64,000 bases of DNA from the NCBI GenBank assembly GCA_038883775.1, contig JAVZLM010000001.1, forward strand, positions 1 to 64,000, in the 5' to 3' direction. Positions 59,555 to 64,000 of the stretch are shown piece after piece. How positions within the stretch are numbered: the stretch's first letter is position 1; every line of letters begins with the position of its first letter. Under the pieces are notes generated by a model, which worked only from the letters and a program-made list of their open reading frames with translations, searched no databases and was not told the origin of the DNA. This DNA comes from Candidatus Bathyarchaeia archaeon (GTDB lineage Archaea > Thermoproteota > Bathyarchaeia > Bathyarchaeales > Bathycorpusculaceae). The translations under genes and the position numbers were made by a program.

Positions 59555-61064
59555 ATCGTCTCACACTCCTCAACAACTTATCAATATCTGGAAGTTTCTC
59601 TTTACCCGCTAATTTGGCTGAAAACTGGGCTATTTTTGGCAAATACTTACTAAAAACGCCCAATCTTTTCTTTTCTCTATCCACATGCTCTATTCTTGTT
59701 AAGAAATGTTGGATTTGGCGGGCAACCTCTCTGAGGCCGTTGGCTATTTCCCTTCTAACCTCTGGTCTGTCAGCGATAAATTCTTTGCCAACGGTTTTGT
59801 ATGGAACCTTTGTACTGCAAATGTGAACCATTATGGCGATGGGCATGTCTGGCGTCACTTTGTATCTGCGCCAATTCATTGCCTCTATCACTTTAACTGA
59901 AACATCGCTGGCTTCATCATAAAGTAGTGGAATCCTATTAGCAAAACGGTAAATTAGGAACCCATCCTTTTTTGGAATTTCTCCGCCGTAGGCTATTCCA
60001 ACTTCAACAATGAAGGGATGTCCCGCATAAGTTGCTGGTTTGCGCTGGTGAACAGCCACAAACTCTGGTTTAAGCTCCTTCATTATCCCCGCTTTTAGCA
60101 ACTCTTCACCCAAAGGCGATAGACAGCTTGCATCTGGCGCCAAGAAATCCTTGAACCTTTTGAGCATGTGCATTAATCTAACAATTTCTTCGTGAGTAAG
60201 CTTCTTGGGGTTTTTTGAGGGGCTTATGTTGCTGAACTCCAAAAACTTTTGGGCTGTGACTTCTCCGACTCTGTGGAAATGGTTTTTCAAAAAATCAAGC
60301 ATATTTTTGTGGGGGGTTATCTGTATAAGCCTTTGAAGGAGTTCCACATCAACACCGTAAGGATGCGGTTTCGTCTCTTTTGGTGGTTCCGGCATCTCCT
60401 TTGTTACTCTTGTAAACTTGTAAAGCCTTCCTTTTGGGTCAACAAAGGTCAAATTTGCGTATGGGTTCACCATAGCTGTCTGTTTAAAATAATCCAAAAT
60501 TTTTGGCATAGCCCTGAAATAGTCGCCTTCTAAGGTGAATTCAACGATGGTTCCCCGCCACGCTTCCTTGTTTAACAAGATTTTTCTGTCAAGGATTATG
60601 GGGCGGTTTCTTTGTATGTCAATCATAAGCTTATACATGTAAATTTTCGTTATGCCAGTGCTTGAAATTATGGTGGCTGGCTGATGAGTCGTAATTTGAC
60701 CATACAAAAGCGCCATTTTCCCGCCTAAACCAAAGGTTCCCCTCTGCTGCTTCAGCTTATACTTTGAGCCGTAAAGCACCTGTCCAAAGGCGGATGGAAT
60801 ATGCCGTGGAGGAACCCCAATGCCATTGTCCTCAACCCTCAATCGGTAAATTTGGGTTTCTTTGCTGGCTTCCCCCTCATAAGAAAGCCTCACGTAAATG
60901 TCTGGTGGTATTTTTAGGCTTTCGGCGGCATCCAAAGAGTTTTCGACTAACTCTCTTATGGCTGCAAAAATTGCTCTGGATGGGTTGGTAAAGCCAGCAA
61001 TATCCCGATTACGGTAGAAAAAGTCGGAAGCGCTAATTTCTTCGAAGGTTGTTTGAGCCACCAC
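59535..61064 (-). CDS. top6B: DNA topoisomerase VI subunit B
   Basis: ELVENSLDA, DNGIG, QQRG.FGLG, PHP.G, RFANRIPL, STKVPY...GKE. Confidence 0.96.
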   Translation of the reverse strand: MVAQTTFEEISASDFFYRNRDIAGFTNPSRAIFAAIRELVENSLDAAESLKIPPDIYVRLSYEGEASKETQIYRLRVEDNGIGVPPRHIPSAFGQVLYGSKYKLKQQRGTFGLGGKMALLYGQITTHQPATIISSTGITKIYMYKLMIDIQRNRPIILDRKILLNKEAWRGTIVEFTLEGDYFRAMPKILDYFKQTAMVNPYANLTFVDPKGRLYKFTRVTKEMPEPPKETKPHPYGVDVELLQRLIQITPHKNMLDFLKNHFHRVGEVTAQKFLEFSNISPSKNPKKLTHEEIVRLMHMLKRFKDFLAPDASCLSPLGEELLKAGIMKELKPEFVAVHQRKPATYAGHPFIVEVGIAYGGEIPKKDGFLIYRFANRIPLLYDEASDVSVKVIEAMNWRRYKVTPDMPIAIMVHICSTKVPYKTVGKEFIADRPEVRREIANGLREVARQIQHFLTRIEHVDREKKRLGVFSKYLPKIAQFSAKLAGKEKLPDIDKLLRSVRRFGAEET

Positions 61065-61157
61065 TTGTTTTTCACCGGCACTCTTGCGTCAACAACATTT
61101 CTAATGGTATGGTTCAGCTATCTATTTAATTTAACTACGGTTTTCGGTTGTTTTTGT

Positions 61158-61580
61158 TCATTTTCTGAAGGGATTGGGCAAGAGCGCTTCGAGACTTTTT
61201 ACTTTAACGGTTTCAAACAAGATTTTGCCTCTTTCTGTTTTTGCCGTAACAATTTTAATTTTGGGATTTTTTGCAAAATCACTGATGTATTGAAGGCAAG
61301 CACCGCAAGATATTGGTTCATTTTTGTTTTCTTTATCCATGACTATGGCTATTTCTTCGATTTTTCGGTTACCATGGAGAATGGCGTGGTCGATGGCGCA
61401 TCTTTCAGCACATGTTCCAAGTCCAGAAATCCAGCTTTCAACATTGCAGCCTTCATAAATTTTGCCGTCCTCTACAAGCACAGCAGCTCCCACCTTAAAG
61501 CCCCAAAGCACATAAGCCCTATCCATCGCTTTGGAAGCAGCTTCCAACAATTCTTTTTCGTTTTCTCTTATTTTCTTCAT
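61158..61580 (-). CDS. cdd: Cytidine deaminase
   Basis: FKVGAA, G.NVE, CAERCA, CGAC.Q; 4-nt overlap with ABCE1. Confidence 0.88.
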   Translation of the reverse strand: MKKIRENEKELLEAASKAMDRAYVLWGFKVGAAVLVEDGKIYEGCNVESWISGLGTCAERCAIDHAILHGNRKIEEIAIVMDKENKNEPISCGACLQYISDFAKNPKIKIVTAKTERGKILFETVKVKSLEALLPNPFRK

Positions 61581-63385
61581 GTTTTACCAAGCCATTTCAT
61601 TGGTGCAGTGAAACGCACATAATAGTATTCCCCAATTTCCTTTTGAAACTTGTCAAGCTTCGAGCCATCCTTATTAACTCTTGGTCTCTTCGTTGTCGGG
61701 TCTCTTCTGAAAGTAACTTCCATTTCCTTCAAAAACATGTTCATTCCATCTCTTAGGCTTGTTGGCGAATTTGCAGTGCCCTTAATTCCGGGGGTTCCAG
61801 TAAAAACCATGAGGTGGTCGGCTATGAAGTCTTGGGCAACCACATCGTGTTCAACGACGAAGGCTGCTACATTGTGGGTTTCGATAACTCTTCGAATCGC
61901 TCTTGCCATGTTTAATCTTTCTTCCACATCCAAATAGGCGCTTGGTTCGTCTAATAAGTAAATTTCAGCCTTGCGGGATAGGCATGCAGCTATGGCAACT
62001 TTCTGCAATTCGCCTCCGCTGAGTTCCATGACATTTCTGTCTAAAAGCACATCTATCTTTAATGGTTGGAGGATTTCCGTTCTGTACCAGCTTGAGGAGA
62101 AATTTTCTTTTGCAACGCTCATTAAAAGTTCTTGAACTGTGCCTTCATATTCTGCGGAGATGTACTGAGGCTTATAGCTCACTTCTAATTCGCCAAATTT
62201 CACTCCACCATCAGCTTCTTCTACTCCAGCCAAAATTTTTACGAAGGTAGTTTTTCCTATTCCATTAGGTCCCAAAATTCCGATGATATCTCCTCTTTTT
62301 ATTTCTCCAGATTGAACCTCAAGCCTAAACCCTTCATAGGATTTGGTCATTTCCTCCCATTTCAGTAAGGTTTCGCCGGCGCCAAAACTTACGGTTGGTG
62401 GCTTTTCATGGAATATTACGGCTTCTTTTCTAAAGCGGACGTTTTCGTCTGGAATGTAGCCTTGCAGGTAAATGTTTATGCCTGTTCTAACGCCGTGAAC
62501 GTTTGAGACAACGCCATAAACGCCTGGTTCTCCATAGAAGATGCAGATTTGGTCTGACAAATAATCCAGTATTGCCAAATCGTGTTCTGCCACAATTACT
62601 GTTTGTTCATCGTTTTTTAGGCTTCTTATGGCTTTGGCAACTTCCAACCTTTGTTTTACGTCTAAATAGCTTGATGGTTCGTCGAAAAGGTAAACGTCGG
62701 CTTCGCGGCAAATTGCTGCGGCAACTGCTACACGTTGCAGTTCGCCTCCGCTTAAAACTTCCAGGGGTCGGCTCCAAAGCCGTTTAAGTTCAAGATGCTC
62801 TGCGATTTTTTCCAGTTTCTTTCGTTCATCCACTTTTTCCAGCAGTTCTCCGACGTTTCCAGAAACAACTTTCGGAATTTTATCCACATACTGGGGTTTG
62901 TGCGAAACCTTAAGTTTGCCTTCAGCCATTTTTTGAAAATATTCCTGAAGGGTTGAGCCTCTAAAATGGCGGATAATTTCGTCCCAGTTTGGCGGTTGGT
63001 TGTAGTTTCCAAGATTTATTTTAATCTCGTTTGAAAAAATTTTGAGGGTTGTTGTTTTGCCTATTCCATTCTGTCCAAGCAACCCCAAAACTGTGCCAGG
63101 CGAAGGCGTTGGAAGTCTATAAAGTTTGAAAGTGTTTTCTCCGAAGCGGTGGCTGCACTCCTTTTCTAGCTCGTCTGGAAGGTTTACTATGGATATGGCT
63201 TTGAAGGGACACTTTTTTACGCATATTCCGCATCCAGTGCAAAGAGACTCCACAATCACGGGTTTGTCTTTTTCAAATCTTATGGCTTCCACGTGAGTGC
63301 GGACTATGGGGCAGAAGCGATGGCATAATCTACCGCAACGTTTTGGTTTGCACTTGTAAGCGTCTAATACTGCAACTCTCGTCAT
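61577..63385 (-). CDS. rli: Ribosome recycling ATPase ABCE1 (Rli)
   Basis: N-terminal 2x[4Fe-4S] Cys motifs, two ABC domains (GIGKTT, LSGGELQ), RPRVNK..S.LD. Confidence 0.97.
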   Translation of the reverse strand: MTRVAVLDAYKCKPKRCGRLCHRFCPIVRTHVEAIRFEKDKPVIVESLCTGCGICVKKCPFKAISIVNLPDELEKECSHRFGENTFKLYRLPTPSPGTVLGLLGQNGIGKTTTLKIFSNEIKINLGNYNQPPNWDEIIRHFRGSTLQEYFQKMAEGKLKVSHKPQYVDKIPKVVSGNVGELLEKVDERKKLEKIAEHLELKRLWSRPLEVLSGGELQRVAVAAAICREADVYLFDEPSSYLDVKQRLEVAKAIRSLKNDEQTVIVAEHDLAILDYLSDQICIFYGEPGVYGVVSNVHGVRTGINIYLQGYIPDENVRFRKEAVIFHEKPPTVSFGAGETLLKWEEMTKSYEGFRLEVQSGEIKRGDIIGILGPNGIGKTTFVKILAGVEEADGGVKFGELEVSYKPQYISAEYEGTVQELLMSVAKENFSSSWYRTEILQPLKIDVLLDRNVMELSGGELQKVAIAACLSRKAEIYLLDEPSAYLDVEERLNMARAIRRVIETHNVAAFVVEHDVVAQDFIADHLMVFTGTPGIKGTANSPTSLRDGMNMFLKEMEVTFRRDPTTKRPRVNKDGSKLDKFQKEIGEYYYVRFTAPMKWLGKT

Positions 63386-63406
63386 GGTTAAACCGCTAAT
63401 GAATGC

Positions 63407-63664
63407 TCATGAGAATAAAAAGTGTTTTGTTTCGTTTCTTTTAGATAATATCCTTAATCTTCCTAAATACATTATTCCAACTACTAACAAAACAGCAAAG
63501 ATAACAGTTCCAAGTATGGAAAGGTAAAAGATTAAACGAAATTCTTCTGGTGCCGGATTTTGCTCACTTCTAAACAAGGCGATACCGATGAGAAACAGAA
63601 TAAGACCAACCATGAGAAAACTAAAGAGTAACAAGTGGCGTTTCTTTACTTTGTTTGCAATCAT
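63407..63664 (-). CDS. Small two-TM membrane protein
   Basis: 85 aa with two hydrophobic helices. Confidence 0.6.
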   Translation of the reverse strand: MIANKVKKRHLLLFSFLMVGLILFLIGIALFRSEQNPAPEEFRLIFYLSILGTVIFAVLLVVGIMYLGRLRILSKRNETKHFLFS

Positions 63665-63781
63665 CCTTAACTCACATACCAGAATTACTTCTTTTACTTC
63701 TGCTTAAAATTAATTGCTGAAAAATTACACATGATTACAGTAATAAAGAAAAGTGCAAAAACTTTTACAAGCTTGTAATTC

Positions 63782-63859
63782 TCACCATTCCTCTTCTTCC
63801 CACTCTTCCTCTTCTCCTTCTTCCCATTCTTCCTCTTCCCATTCCTCTTCCTCTCGCAT
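63782..63859 (-). CDS. 25-aa acidic micropeptide MREEEEWEEEEWEEGEEEEWEEEEW
   Basis: Perfect GGAGGTGA RBS at 63864-63871, 4 nt before the ATG; TTTAAAAT TATA-like box near 63910-63917; mixed GAA/GAG codons. Confidence 0.65.
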   Translation of the reverse strand: MREEEEWEEEEWEEGEEEEWEEEEW

Positions 63860-64000
63860 TTTTTCACCTCCCTACCAGTTTTGGTGCTTTAGGAAACATG
63901 CCTAACGATATTTTAAACGTTTTTGTTCGGCAGGCGTCGAGAATCAAAACCAATAAGTCCTGTTTCTCCATGCCTTTAAACGCTTATTTTACTATTTTAG

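Noticed and set aside
63864-63971. 35-codon minus-strand ORF MEKQDLLVLILDACRTK... resembling a sulfatase/alkaline-phosphatase N-terminus
   Set aside because: The similarity is limited to about 8 residues, and the frame runs through the micropeptide promoter and RBS. Too weak to call.

Overview
Archaeal chromosomal segment (roughly 40% GC by eye), most likely from a Bathyarchaeia/TACK lineage. This is inferred from gene content: Hel308, TIP49, topoisomerase VI, thermosome, aIF5B, ABCE1, FBP aldolase/phosphatase, a ribophorin-I-like protein and a tRNA intron at a non-canonical position. Most of the window is housekeeping and metabolic genes, with two tRNAs (Arg-CCG with an intron, Glu-CTC). The strongest unexplained signal is a well-formed fluoride (crcB-class) riboswitch at 49957-50020 (-). 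It heads a four-gene operon (prenyltransferase/squalene-oxidase-repeat protein, DUF6062-like Cys/His protein, two unknown proteins) that contains no fluoride exporter. Other notable items are: a degenerate IscS-like protein with IscU and an intact-looking SufS; a probable Cas1 C-terminal remnant beside an HNH nuclease; a mosaic locus where diverged 3' ends of aIF5B and a radical SAM gene are duplicated back-to-back between two cargo genes; a 25-aa (EEEEW)n micropeptide with its own promoter and RBS; an RLAN/ATP-grasp/GCS2 ligase cluster next to two deoxyhypusine-synthase paralogs; and several pseudogenes. All family assignments come from motif recognition by eye, with no database searches run.
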